A stretch of 58,200 nt of DNA from Sphaeroforma arctica JP610. Lineage: Eukaryota. The notes under the pieces were generated by a model, which had not been told where the DNA came from, did not search any database, and saw only the letters and a list, made by a program, of their open reading frames with translations. The stretch is taken from contig NW_014040194.1 of assembly GCF_001186125.1 (NCBI RefSeq), positions 24,249 to 82,448 of the forward strand, given 5' to 3'. Made by a program: the position numbers and the translations under genes. Of this stretch, positions 31,401 to 46,100 are shown piece by piece (position 1 is the first letter of the stretch; each line of letters starts with the position of its first letter).

Positions 31401-34400
31401 CTTAGTATATGGTGTTGTTAAGGAGACTATCAGTGCGATGGTTTAGTGAGTATCGTATGTTGCGGTAGGTATATCACCCTGCCTACCACCCCCAACCACT
31501 GACATGGTAGTGATCCGTGCGGCGAGTGTTGTGCGTATAGTTATATTGTGCAATTAGTATGCTACCCTGTCTACCACCCCCACGCCACTGTCATGGTAGT
31601 GATCCGTGCGGCGAGTGTTGTGCGTATAGTTATATTGTGCAATTAGTATGCTACCCTGTCTACCACCCCCAGCCACTGTCATGGTACTGATCCGTGCGGC
31701 GAGTGTTGTGCGTATAGTTATATTGTGCAATTAGTATGCTACTCTGTCTTCCGCCCCAGCCGCCGTTGCGATAGTGTCGTGTATGAAGGTTTATGTGCAA
31801 ATTTTCATTAGATACAGCCAGTATATATAGTGTTGCATACGATTGTGTTGTGTTGTCCCTCCGACTCTGCCGAGGTCGTCAGAGTGCTGGGTCTCCTGGC
31901 TACCGCCCCAACCGCCGCCAAGTTAATAAGACCCGATACGATTGTGCGTACTAGTATGTAGTTTTGTACTCAGGTACAATATGTAGACATACACATATAT
32001 GTATGTGTATGTTTCTGGACTTCAACTCTGCCGTTGTGTGATTCGAGTCCGCAAGCTTGCTTCTATTCTGTGTATCACCTCCTCTGCCATCGAGCGCCGG
32101 GGGTATATATATGTGTGTGTGTGTGTGTGTGTTTCTGTATCTATACTCGTTGGAATAAGCTGTTAATGTTTTACTTAGCATTGCGTTGTAAGCTGATGCT
32201 CTTGTGTAAGGCTAGCACTTACACATCATGATGTGCAAGACCGCCGAAGTTTTCCGTGTCTTGTATTCATCCTAATATTTGTTGACCTACCGATAATGTG
32301 ATAACAACTTGTTTTCGCGAATACACCAATTCTTACGTGTTGTTTATGCCGTACAATGAATTTAATTTATATGGACTACTCGCGAAAGGATTTTCGTAGC
32401 ATAAAATGAACATGTACTTGTTTGTGGAGGCAGATCTTCCGCTTAATATGGCTATAACCTGTATTTATACCTTGTGCTTATACTGGTGAATGTTTGAATA
32501 CAATACATGCACTTATACTGGTAAATATTGGAATACAATGCCTGTACTTATGCTGACAGATGTTTGAATACAATACCTGTGCTGTTCGTAAGTATTTGAA
32601 TACAATGCCTGTACTTATGCTGGTCAATATTTGAATACAATGCCTGTACTTTTGCTGATACGTACTTGAATATAATACCTGTACTTATGTGCGTGAATAT
32701 TTGAATACAATACCTGTACTTATGCTGATAAATATTTGAATACATTACCTGTGCTTATACTGGTACATCTTTGAATACGATCGTCTAACTAAAAAAGTGG
32801 TTCATCAGCACAATCATTTAGGCTGCTAGACTCCGTATTGTTAGTGCGATTTCGCGCTCGGTGGGAAACCAAGTGCACATGAGATCGTTCACACACGTTC
32901 TATCTTTATGTCCAGACCTCGCATGGAACATCCACATACGTGTGTATCCACCCCCGTGTTTTACAAGGCATAAGGCTGTATGGTTATATTCGCTCACATA
33001 CCACCCTCTCTCTCACCCTGATGCTCAGGCGGCTGTCTCGTGCTACATCGATCTGGTGGTCAAAGAGAGTGACAACAACGTCCGTCTGATTGTGCTGAAG
33101 AAGCTTTCGGATCTGCAAAATAACCCACACATTGAGAAGATCCTGCAGGACTTAGTCATGGATCTGCTGCGCGTTCTCAACGCCCCGGATCTGGAGGTGC
33201 GCAGACAAACGCTGGAGATAGTGATGAACCTCGTCACATCCCGTTCAGGTATAGTTTATTGTTTTGAATGACATGACCTTCGATGTAGCCCTACGCCTTC
33301 GTGTGCATAAGCGGCTACTGGTTGGTGACGTCGAGTCTTCTAGTTATAACTTGTGACGTCGAGTCTTCTAGTTATAACTTGTGACGTCGATCCTTCTAAT
33401 TATAACCTGCAGGTTTCATGTTGGGAGTTGTGCGAGCACGCGAAGTGCTGTTTGTATCTGGTTCTACCTTTGAGATGGTATTAATTCTTCACCCCAACGC
33501 TACTCTCCTGTTATGTCTAGCAGTGGAAGTTTCAGTATAATGCGGTCAGCGACCAAGAGCACATTCACATACATCGATTCTGGTGTTTCTTGTCATTTCG
33601 ATAAATTTTGCTTCTCCACTATCTCTGTTGTGTATCTGGGTACCCTCGAACCACAACTCACATCCACTTCTGTGTTCAATGACGCGTTGATTGTAGTGGA
33701 GGAAGTGCTTCAGTTGCTGCGAAAGGAGATCACAAAGACATTCGAAGAAAACGAGACCAGTGATGCCTACAGACGCCAGCTCATCAAAGCCCTGCACAAG
33801 TGCGCCGTTAAATTCCCGGACAAGGCCGTGACTATTGTGCCGGTAAGCGGATAGAATATACGGCACTGTGTGTTTCTATGCACAGAGTTATAGTTATTGC
33901 ATGAAGAGTAAATGTTGTCATGAAAAAAAGAATACGTACAAGCTTGCATATAAGGGGAACCTTAGTGTAGCAGTGCGTACGAACTCCACTCATCGATGAT
34001 CTGCACAAGTGCGCCGTTAAATTCCCGGATAAGGCCGTGACTATTGTGCCGGCCGGTAAGCGGATAGAATATACGACACTGTGTGTTTCTATGTACAGAG
34101 TTATAGTTATTGCATGAAGGGTAAATGTTGTCATGAAAAAAAGAATACGTACAAGCTTGCATATAAGGGGAACCTTGGTGTAGCAGTGCGTACGAACTTC
34201 CACTCATCGATAATCTGCACAAGTGCGCCAGTAAATTCCCGGGCAATGTCAATGTCTAGCAGTTGTTCCGTTGTGTGCCTGTGATATACCGAGACTGTTT
34301 TAAGGGTATTTGTAAGGTATAAGTATATTGTTTGCTGGTCATCCATGTTGATATAGTAAACTACATATGAAAAATGTATGTGTGAAGAACCCGAGAGTGC

Positions 34401-37400
34401 GATGCGTATCAACAGACCTATCAAAACAATGCACAAATGCGCCATCAACTCCCTAGTGCGGCCGCGACTTCTGTACCAATGGGCACACGAGAACTGTAGT
34501 GTTCATCGGCGTTGATAATGTTTGTGTACATATAGTTATTCATGTTGGCGTATTGTTAGATGTATGTAGATACATGTGGGTGCATATGCGGAGTAAGCCG
34601 TAGTTCCCGTATTGAAATACTGATCGAAAGTTCCATAGTTCCGGGTATGAGTATGAATGAGTTTACTGCGATGACCATCTCTGGATAGTGCTATGGACCA
34701 CTGTCGCTTAAGCTATGTGCGATGTATGTATGTTTGCGTGTGCGTATGTGCATGTATGTACATGTATAGTTGTATGTTCGTGCATATGTATATATGTATG
34801 TATATATATGTGTGTGTGTATGTATATATATATGTGTGTGTATGTATGTATAGTATATATAGTATATATTAAACAAACAACTATGTAGTATATATATATT
34901 ATTATTATTATATATCGTATAAATATTGTATTTCTTGTTCACTTGTCGTAGATTTCATAGACTGTGATTCAGCTGCATCCAACTGCTTCGTTCTCAACGC
35001 CTTAGATCTCTTTCTATTTCATCTGTACATGTATAGTTGTATGTTCGTGCATATGTATATATATATATATGTGTGTGTGTGTGTGAATATATATAAATGT
35101 ATGTGTGTGTGTGTATGTATATATATATAAATGTATGTGTGTGTGTGTATGTATATATAGTATATATTAAACAAATATCTATGTAGTATATATAATTTTA
35201 TTTTATTATTATATATCGTATAAATATTGTATTTCTTGTTCTCTTGTCGCAGATTTCATAGACTGTGATTCAGCTGCATCCAACTGCTTCGTTCGCAACG
35301 CCTTAGATCTCTTTCTATTTCATCTCACAATGTCGCCAATGATTCTCTATCACGCAACGCCGATTCCACGCACTCATCTGGCTAGCTCCAAATTCTATTA
35401 CTACTCACACGTCCACCTATCAGCATCTCAACAACAAACCGCCATTATTCCACCGTTGCGCATACAGATTCTCATGGACTTCATTGGGGACAGCAACTCC
35501 GCCAGTGCCGCCGATGTAGTGGCCAGTGTGCGTGACTTCATCGAGTTCTTCCCTCAACTGAGAGAGAGTATCGTCGAGCGTCTGCTCGCCACCTTTGCAC
35601 ACGTCAAAGCGGCTCACATTTTTCGTGCTACCATGTGGATGCTTGGAGAATACTGCCTCAGTATTGAGGAGATCGATCAAGCTCTGGTGACGTTCCAAGA
35701 GAGTGTGGGGGCTTTGCCCATTGTGGAATCCGAGCTCAAGGCTGCGGCGGCCATTGGTGGCGAGGATGAGGATGGCGACACCCCCGATGGTGAGTATTGT
35801 CTAGTAATAAGTATGCACATATATGTGTATATTACATGCACGCTCTGATTCAATTTGCATTTGAGTACTGATCTATGTTTGTTTGTATGTATATATATAT
35901 ATATGTGCGTGTGCGTGTGTTTATACATACATACATACATACATACGTATATACATATATTTATGTAAATGACCTAGAGTTGTGCACATATGTATTGCGG
36001 CATACTTACAAATGATAAACTAACCGTAAACTCTCGTCCCCATCCTTCAGATCTGTCTGCAACCCGCAAAAACTCGCGTGAGGCTCGCGGGTCGAAGTCG
36101 CGTGTGACTGCAGACGGCACGTACGTCACACAGTCGGCATTCAGTGTCGCACCCTCTAAGGCTGAGCAGCTGATGGATACAGACATATCTCTGCGTAGCC
36201 TTATGCTCACTGGAGATTTCTTCTTGGGCACCACTCTGGCCGGGGCTTTGACCAAGCTCGCGCTGCGAAGGTACGGTATTAAAATGTGCACATATACACG
36301 TATGCGTCAAGGTGATGTAGTGTGTATATGTTTGTGTCCGTGCATATCCTATTCTCCTTGTGTGGCCTTAGGCGGTTTGATGACCCCGTCTTGGCACCAA
36401 TATTGCAGGGGCATTGGCCAAGCTCGCACTGCGAAGGTAGTGTGTGAATATGTGCACATAAAGACCTGCATGCGTCAAGTAGATATACTGTGTATGCGCA
36501 TAGCCCTCCGTAGCCTCGCGCTGTCTGGCAACATCGTCTCGGAGCCACCCTTGCCGGGGTGTTGACCAAGCTCGATTTACAGAAGCACAGTGGGGCCCAG
36601 AGTCTAAAATTAAGTGTCTGTGGGAAGTAGAAGAAATGCACACCTGTGTCTCGTATATATCGCTTTGCTCTGATGTTCTCAACCATTTAGACCGTTCAGA
36701 TCGAATACGGCAGAGGGGCGAGCCAAACGAGGTAATTTACAGTGGAATGTTGGTTCTCTCCGTCGATATACACACACAAGTATTCTGGATAGGCCTAACA
36801 TGGACTGGGGCGCATCTATTTCCCGCATGTGCACACACACACCGACTAGCATCGTGCATGCGTGCACACTCTTCACTCCTCGTGATTACCTTACATGTAC
36901 ATACACATCACATCAACCAGCGCCATGCCCTCATACACACACTCGAATCAATCACGTGGCATCCTCTTATATGCACATTCACTAGATTCGGCGCCAGCAT
37001 ACTCTCCTACACCTCATGAGATCCTCACGTGTACATACACCCCAACTGATGTCAGGCATACCCGCACTCACTAAATTCGTAAACACATGCACACCACCTC
37101 ACGCTACAGGTCCACCACAGACGACAACCAGGACAGGAATAACCACTACTCTGCCCAGTGCATGCTGATCATGGCTTCCATCATGCACCTGGGCCGAAGC
37201 GGCATCCCCACGCAGCCCATTGAGCACGACACATACGAGCGCGTGTCTGTGTGTCTGCGATGTCTGGCTGAACCTTCCGAGACAACGACCGAGGTCTTCA
37301 CAACCGAGTGCAGGCGCGCACTGAAAGAGCTGCTATCGAAGGTGTGTGGGGGAGGGTGTATTTAGATAGGGTAAGACCCCATGTGTATGCATATTTGGAA

Positions 37401-40400
37401 TAGAAATGCGTAAATCTCATTCGCATACTTTCGGGCGTGGATATTGGGTGTATGTCTTGATTCCGTGTATCTTTGTATATATCAGTGTGAATTATGTATG
37501 CGAATGGTTGCGGAAGGGATCCACATATGTAGACACTCGTATTGCTTGTGGGTGCGCGCTCGCGTACGCTGACCAAAGGGTCGTATTTCTAATTGCATGC
37601 GTGCACATGTTCATATACCTATCCAGGAAGACTTGGTATGTTTAATTGAATGTGGATAATTTCTGTACATACATCACTCCATACAATGTACCTGGCATTG
37701 TCGTTACCGCAACATACGATAGCTATGCCATCTCAACGATCTTATTTTAGTGTATGTGTATGTCTCAAGTGAAAATCAATTCACATTCGCACTCGCCCAA
37801 CCACTCTCAGGTAGCGGCAGAGAAGAAGGCTGACTCTGATGACCCGGCAGACGCTAAGGTGGTTCAAGTTGATCAGTTGATCAAGTTCACCCAGCTGGGT
37901 ATCAAAGAAGATGACATAGGTATGTACCAACATACAACCAGCGAGAAGTGAGATACGTATCTCTGATACAGCTAGTGGTCTTTTAGGACATCTGTGTAGT
38001 CTCGTTAGTGATGAGGCGACAGTGGGGTGTTCGTACTGTGCACGTGTGTGCATAACAGCAAGATTCTACAAGTGTAAGTATATGCATGGTGCAATTTTGT
38101 GCAATACTTCACTATACGCAGAATTTTGGACTGGCCGTGCCAACAACCACACACAATCATGCACGTTTACAACCTCGCCACTTTAAATCTTCGAACCTTA
38201 TGTGTTTCACTTCATACCTTTATGTAAACCCAGCTTCTTTTTTTTTGAGTGTAGCTCTACAAACGATCATGTAGTGGAGGACTACACTCGAGCTACAGGG
38301 TGAAATCGCCTGCATTCGCGACCATAAACACACGTATATATATATATGCATGTATGTATGTATGTATACACCATACCTTAGATGTTTGTGCGCTGTTTTA
38401 TTTTTTGTTGCGCTGTCATCATGCTTACACCTTGCTTCGTACCTGGGCCCTTCTCGCAGGCGATGATCTAGAGCAGGATTTGACCCTGGCTACAGGGGGT
38501 TCTGCTGTGTCTACCACTTCAGCGCTACAGAAAGTGGTACAGCTCACAGGCTTTGGCGACCCAGTGTACGCTGAGGCGTATGTAAACGTCAACCAGTACG
38601 ATATCACCCTGGACGTACTTATGGTCAATCAAACAGACGACACTCTGCAGGTGTGTGCTGTAAGACGAGCTTTATTCCAATGACTTTCTTACACGCATTT
38701 GAATTTCTAGCTTTGAGTATATATGTGTGTGTGTATGTAGATAACATGCGTTTTGTCGGAAAAAGGGTCATATACCTGCTCGGGCTACTCTTTTCTCAAT
38801 ATTCCACGATGTTTGATTGTTCCAGGGTTTGGCACTGGAGCTGGCGACAATCGGTGATCTCAAGTTGATGGAAAGGCCCGTCATTACTACTTTGGGCGCA
38901 AGAGACTTTGTGAACTTGACCGCCAGCATAAAGGTCGGTGTGCGTTTCAATACGCAAGCGGTGTTGTATGTATAAGTGTAACTGTGTGTATTGTTTGTAT
39001 GCTTTTGTCCGTTGGTTTCATTGAGAAAGTGGTGTTGTATGTATAAATGTGTATATGGTATGTATCCAAGTTTGTGTTCGTGCGTTTAAGTACGCAAGTG
39101 GTGTTTGCGCGTTTTAATACGCAAGTGGTGTTGTATGTATAAGTGTGTGTAGGGTATGTATCTCTGTGTTTACGCGTCTATGTGTCGTTGTATGTTCATG
39201 TGTACCCTATGTGCGTGTTTGTGTATGTGATCGGACTGTGTTCGAGTATGGGTAGTACTGTCGTACGATGATGTTTAAGTGTGTTTTTCTGTTCCCCCTT
39301 ATATACGTGTGCAACATCCCGACTGAAAAGTCTGTCCATAATCTCTGCGTCTGATGCTGGAAGAGAAAAAGGGACGTCGGATGAAAGTGAGGCTCTTCTC
39401 TGTTCCCTTTATCCTTTGACAAGTGTGTACTACAATTTTGGGTTCTGATATCGACGTATAGAGGTCAAATGCAGACCATCGCAGATGTGTTTGTAAGTGC
39501 GTGCCAACGAGAATTTATCGGTCAGCAAAGTGCACAATGCTACAGCAACTGGGTATGTGCTGACAACTATTTCAGCGTATGGTTTGTAATCCTGGAAACT
39601 CAGGTACAAATATAGGGTTGTGGTAAATGTTTGTCTATTCACACTCTTTGAATGTGAATAGCAATTATAATTGTATTAAATGTTGTCTGTTTTTACTCTT
39701 TGAATGTAAATAGATATCATAATCGTATCAAATGTAGTCTAGACATACTCTTAGAATGTAAATAGAAATTATAATCGTATGTATGTGTTTGTCCTACCAG
39801 ACAAGTAAAGGACATGTCGTCTACAGGTACTTTACGATCAGAAAAGAAAACGAGCTTGTGTTATAACTACCTGAGCCAGGGTGCGTGCTCGACCGAGTGT
39901 GAAAGCGCTCGTGCAAACCACGCGTGTGTTGCTGATTCGGGAACCAATATTGTTCGGGTGGACATGTGTTCTTCTCGAGTGTATCTACATCCTTTCGTAC
40001 TCGCGCGAGGATTCGTGTATTTCCCATGTCCGACGATATATGTATATATATAAATATATTGTACATGCTGGTGTATGTGCAACCACCGGGTAATAGTTGA
40101 ATAATGTATATGTCTTTGTTCGCTTGCCATTCCAGGTGAGCTCTACAGACACGGGACTGATCTTCGGCCACATCGTATACGATATCAGTGGCACATCAGA
40201 ACACGGAGTGATTGTGCTGAATGACATTTACATTGACGTCATGGATTATATTGTACCCTCTTCGTGCACGGAGACGGTATTCAGACAAATGTGGGCCGAG
40301 TTTGAGTGGGAGAATAAGGTGCGTTCCGACTTCCAGAGATTGGAGAGCGAAATTACGACTCTATGTGTTGTGTAGATGTATATTTAGATATTCATACATT

Positions 40401-41736
40401 CATACACAGAGTTTTTAGATTCGAGGGACATATGCTTTCCTCATACTATAGGAGTTTTGCTCAAATCCAAACGGTTTAATACGTTTGCTAGCTATAGAGC
40501 TGAATGTTCATGTAGATACAGTACTGGTGAGTGTATATGATGTTCATTACATATGAATTTAAAAATATTTATTATATATATATGTATGTGTGTGTGTGTG
40601 CGTATGTGTGTATATGTATATATATATATATATCTAATTCTGGAGAAAACAAACACTCCTGCGACTTGTATGGCGGTACAACGCTGCTCGTGCAGTGAAT
40701 CAACCTCTTCCTCTGAATCTTGCACTCCTTGTCATCAAGCCCGCGACAATTGTTTTATCTCACGGAATATTTGTGTGACACTGGTTGATAATTTGTACCT
40801 AATGTATCTATTATTTCATGTACTCTATCCGCTAGGTTACCGTATCAACAGACATCCAGAGCTTAGAGGACTACTCAGCACATATCTGCAAGGCTACAAA
40901 CATGAAATGTCTCACCATCGAGAGTGCCAAGGGAGGCGACTGTGGCTTCTACGCCGCCAATTTATATGCCAGGTATATACACGGTATAGTCGTATTGCAC
41001 ACAACCGGTGCTAAAAGAGCTATAATCCATAAGCTCGGTTGAAAATAATTCATCGAGGTTTTTGGACGTCATCTTATTTGTTTCTATCAAGATCTATAGA
41101 CCCTTCAACGCCTAATGAACCATCTCACGATGCACTTCCTCTTGCCACAATTATTTTCCGCTTTATAACTCATCTGTGCTTCTCTCGACGATAAATCTAC
41201 AGATCAATCTTTGGGGAGGATGCGTTGGCCAATTTGTCAATTGAAAAGACAAAAGACGGCCGAATCGTGGGCCATATTCGAATTCGTGCTAAGGCTCAGG
41301 TATGCAGTGGACAAATGCAAGTATTTCCTTGGTTGTGTGGACTATATAAAAAAGTCCGTCTATACGTGATCATCAAATGTATTTGAAATTTTACAGAAGC
41401 GCTCGTGTGTATTCTATATTGATTACCGCATACGCGTGAATTTCCGGTGTGCCGATTGTCATATCTATGGCTACTACTTTATCATTTCTGGCCGTGCTTG
41501 TCAACTAGGTCTGATCTTATGAATACTAGAAAATGATTAAGTATGCTTTCAGTTACTAGTTATTCATGTGTGTGGCCTTGGGTTTTTGTTTAAATGTGGT
41601 ATCCTTCTTGGGTAACCATCTCCTATACGCCAATGCACATGAACAACTATACTTCTTTACTCACTTACAGGGAATCGCACTGAGTCTGGGAGACAAAATC
41701 ACAATGAAGCAGAAGTCAGACAAGTCATCAGTCTGA
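28493..41736 (+). CDS. COPB1: Coatomer subunit beta (beta-COP), 14 exons, ~956 aa
   Basis: Exons 28493-29140, 31180-31371, 33029-33248, 33697-33842, 35468-35789, 36051-36270, 37110-37341, 37811-37919, 38460-38650, 38826-38933, 40136-40318, 40836-40972, 41203-41299, 41671-41736. Motifs: [112 protein letters not shown]. Confidence 0.96.
31476..31760. repeat. Intronic tandem repeat, ~88-bp unit x3 plus a partial copy (COPB1 intron 2)
   Basis: Unit starts at 31476, 31564, 31653 and 31741; core 'gatccgtgcggcgagtgttgtgcgtatagttatattgtgcaattagtatgcta'. Confidence 0.92.
32455..32780. repeat. Degenerate ~35-bp minisatellite, ~9 units (COPB1 intron 2)
   Basis: Recurrent 'tttgaatacaat(a/g)cctgtacttatgctg' consensus. 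Confidence 0.88.
33324..33408. repeat. 28-bp tandem repeat x3 (COPB1 intron 3)
   Basis: 'gtgacgtcgagtcttctagttataactt' occurs three times; the third copy is diverged. Confidence 0.85.
33792..34245. repeat. ~210-bp tandem duplication spanning the 3' end and donor site of COPB1 exon 4
   Basis: 'ctgcacaagtgcgccgttaaattcccgg...gccggtaagcggatagaatatacg' at 33792 and 34001; a partial third copy starts at 34215. Confidence 0.92.
34757..35325. repeat. ~270-300-bp intronic tandem duplication (COPB1 intron 4)
   Basis: Two copies, each starting 'tgtacatgtatagttgtatgttcgtgcatatg' and ending 'cgccttagatctctttctatttcatct'. They differ mainly in embedded microsatellite length. Confidence 0.88.
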
Positions 41737-43149
41737 GCCAACATTGTGTATTTCCTCTCCATAGCCCCACCGATACCATACATCAAGCCTCCAGCGACTT
41801 TGGCTTGTTCCGGGACAACCCAATTTCTAAAGATAAACAAATGTTTCTGTTCTTCACGTGATTCATATGATACGAGCGTTCAATCTGTTTGTCTCAAGTG
41901 TGTTCTTTTTATCGTGTAAGACTTGGTTAACTGTTGCAGAAAGTTGATCTAGTATAGTTATTTGTACGAACAACAATAGTTGACTAATCCACCTCTCTCA
42001 ATACTGAGCCTCGTGCTATTCTTCGCAACGCAGATAAACTCCTATTATAGAGTTGCTGTGTTCGGACCACGATCGTCGCAATTATCGCAATGCGTTCAGC
42101 TTTTATGATTATTACGATTACAAGTAAAGCATTGTCTACCCGTCCGCTATGCTATTGAGACTTGTCTCACTCGCTTTAGCTTGAGAGTAAATCAATACGA
42201 CTCCACGAATCTACAACGTCAGCACCAACAGCAGTCTCGAGGGGGGGGGCTTGTACTCCAACTTAATGATACAATGGTGTACCACTTCTGTTGGGAGTAT
42301 GGCTTGTAAGTCTAAACATATCGCTTGTGTATGGAAAACTGTCGAAATACGGCGATGACATAGTTCTAAATCAGTCGATTCATTGCCGACGAATTTAAAA
42401 ATTAAAATCAGCGTATAGAACTTCGGCACAAAAATCCATAAAACTCGGGATAATCTGTGAGCTCCTCTTACCGGTGCTTGTATCATACGTTGAATTTTAC
42501 TGGCGAAACCTACAACTGAATTCTTCTGTCGATATTATTGTCCTCTACTATCGTGGGTTGTAGTACGGCAATATAGATGAACTAATCGGATACAAAGGCA
42601 TGTGCACCAAAAACGGCATGTACATCAATATTTATACGCCACTGCATTTTATTGTGATATTTCCTTAACATAAATTATCCCTGATTGGAATGTGCGACAT
42701 CCAAACTTTTTTTTTCTATCTGACCACACGAGGCCGCTATTGTCGAGCTTTGGCGAATGCTCCGTCATTACCCACAGTGTTAGTGGTGCGAATCCACAGT
42801 ATACTCTCTCCTATGAAAACGACTCAACACGTGAAAGTCTAAAGGTATCACATTCGATATATGAAACCCGGCTCATGTAAACTATTAATCACTCAACAAG
42901 AGATCCGCAGCGGTTAGCGGTTTCAGCGCTTGACATAAACCGCTAACCGAACAATTTGAGTTGAAATATGCATTATGGTTCCTCCTGCTTTATACGCTAT
43001 GAATCGACATTCGATAGAGACAAAACCCTTATGACGTACTTTTTAAAACTAGATTCAACATTTATCTTTGTCGATTTGGTCCCCTTCACATCATAGTAAC
43101 TCGCATGAAGGGGATTCTAATATCATTGTGGCTAATCGATTATTCGGTC

Positions 43150-46100
43150 AAATACGCGAGATTGTGTTGTGTGTTTTTGTTAGCCTCGTTTGATAATTCT
43201 GAGGAGTTTATGTTAAATGTGTTTTCGTGTAAACGAGACAGCCTGTCCACCGTATCATTATCTTTACCTGGCACATGCATGATGGTAAAGTGGTGGTGGA
43301 AGATCATTGCTATTTATTTCAATAGCATGAGGTGTAGGGTCTGTTGCTGGTTCATCTGTGTTGAAGCTTTGTATTCCGTTCATAACCGTGTGTCACTACC
43401 CTTTATGTATTCTAAAAAGGGGCTCGCCTCGCTTGATACTTCTGAGGAGTTTGTGTTGAATGTGTCTTCGTGTAAACGAGACAGCCTGTCCACCATATCA
43501 TTATCTTTACCTGGCACACGTATGATGGTGAAGTGGTGGTGGTATCATTGCTATATATTTCAATAGCATGAGGTGTAGGGTCTGTTGCTGGCTCATCTGT
43601 GTTAAAGCTTTGTAATCCGTTCATAACATTGTGTCACTACCCTCTATGTATTCTAAAAGTGTTTCAGATTGTAAACCAGTGCGAGTAGTTATTTCGTGTT
43701 TGTACCAAAACACTGTTGTGTAGAGTTTAGTCCTTTTGAGAAATATAGTATGTTTCTTCGGACCCCATCAATGACTTCGATACAAACATCTTTTGTGTCA
43801 TAGTCACTAGCGTCATTCATGATTTGAAACGGGGCTCCGGCTATCGGATACGCTAGTGCGGCAGAGCACTCTGTGGCATTCTTTAGCTCTTCCCACTTCC
43901 TCTTCAGTTCCGCGGTTCATACTAGACATGTTCTAGTTGATCTTTCCCTTCATAAGATGTCAGAAATGCTCCGTATTGTTGGCAAACTGTGGAATATAGT
44001 CTTGCATATAGTTGGCAAGTCTCACGGCTCTGTGCAGTTGACCAGTCCATCATTCGTTTCTGTTACTCAGTAACAGTCCTTGAGTTGTAACTTGCACCCC
44101 AGTAAGTTAACGGTCTTGGCTGCGAAAGCGCACTTCAAGTGGTTCAAACGGAAGTTCGCCTGGTTCAGTCTTTTGATCAAAGTGGATGACTATGTCATCC
44201 ACTTACGCTTGTGTCTCTTTTATGCCTATGAGCAAATATGTTTTGATTCGTTAGAATTGTGCTGTTAGTGAATATAAACCAAACGGTGTTGGTTTAAACT
44301 AGTAATGAGCCCCTCTCCACGAGAATGTGAAGAGATAACAAATAAGCAGTGATTAAAGCCCCGTTAAATCTAGTTTGGAAACGAATTAGGCTCCTTCTAG
44401 GTTGCGGAGTACCTCTTTTACTTTTGCTAATACAAACTTATCTTGTTCATATTGATAGTTGATCTCTCGTGACTCCAGACATATCAGTCCAGAAACAAGC
44501 CTATTTTGGTCCTGTTCAGTCTGTAGAGATTAGTGGCAAGTTCCCTTGTGTTGGTGTTGCTCGGTTATATATGTGTCCATCTTTAACTCGCTTTTGTACG
44601 TTTTCGTCTTTTGGTGTTTGTATTTGTGTGGCATAAAGTTTACTCTTGCATCGCTTATCTGTTTAATGTTGATTTCGTTGCTCGGTATTCCCACCGTAAT
44701 CCTTGGCAATGTACATCTGAAGGGTTAATGTATTTGTTATAATAGGTCTGCGAGACACTCTTTGAACCCTTTCTGTACCCTTTCTGTTTGTCTTCTGGAT
44801 CTTTCTCATGTGGTCTCAGTAGTGATTTCCATTTGGCGTCATTGGCATTAGCAGATTTATTTCCCTTGTTCTATGTGTATCTAAGTGTGCATACTTGTCA
44901 GGGAGATCGAGTACCTCAAAACAGTGAGCAGCTTTTTCTTTATCATAAATTATTTCGCATACTTTTGTTGTGCCTGTGCGTTGTACTCAGATATATGTTC
45001 GTGCAATATAATCCGATCTCGCTGTGGCTGATAGGAATATTTCAATTCCTACATATATGAGCGTTGTGCTCCTGGATCTACCAAGGTATTGTAAGGATTG
45101 CCATTGATTTATATGCCTATATGGAATCGTTGGTCTCGTGGTTAAGAAGCAGTGAAGTCGGTGTGTAGGTCAACGTCATTTACATTTACTAACAACGTTT
45201 CATCATCTGTGTCTGCATTCACTATGTCCACCATATTATCATAATAACTTCCGCCCACCACTGCTTTGAAAAATTTATCATCCGTCTCTCCAAACTTAAT
45301 ACCATGGGTGATGACTATTTGTCCCACATTGGTATTCTCTTGATTGTTCTGTGCCGCACGTTTACGTTCCAAAGCTTTCATTCGATTGCTTTCTCCTTTC
45401 CGAGGGCTCACTTTCAGTTAGCTTCTAACGCTTGTCAAGTTCGTTCCTGTTGATATGCAATATACAAATGCTCAGCTTGCATCTGCACGTTCAAACTTAT
45501 ATCATGTAGGTCATCGAATCAGACTGAATTTCGACGCAGAGTTGAGTCAATATTAGCAATTGTAATCCTCTACACGAGTGCACTCTTTTAACAAATCTGG
45601 GCTGGCATCAATAAACTTACATCATGTAGGTCATCGAATCAGACTGGATTTCGACGCAGAGTTGAGTCAATATTAGCAATTGTAATCATCTACACGAGTG
45701 CACTCTTTTAACAAATCTGGGCTGGCATCAATTTGACCTCATTAACGTCAATTTGCTTCAACAGCTTTTGTATTAGAGATAAGTGCTGTTCTAGTGACAT
45801 GCTCTTTTCTAAGAACAAGTCTTCGGTCAGTGTTGCAAACGCAATAGCATCCTAACAAGATTCACCCATATTGAAGATCCTGCCTTTTGGTAACTTCGGA
45901 AGCTTGTACAACTTCAGTAGCTTGTACATCACATGCATATCGGTCTAGTCACCCGTGCGCAATCTGATTAACCCCAACTCGCTAACAAACCCGCTAATTG
46001 CGATGCATTCATCGTGGTCTTCTTTATCACAGTCAATGGCCATTCATCCACTACTGGCATAGAGTAATCTTAGTGCCTGAGTATGAAATGTACTTTTGAG

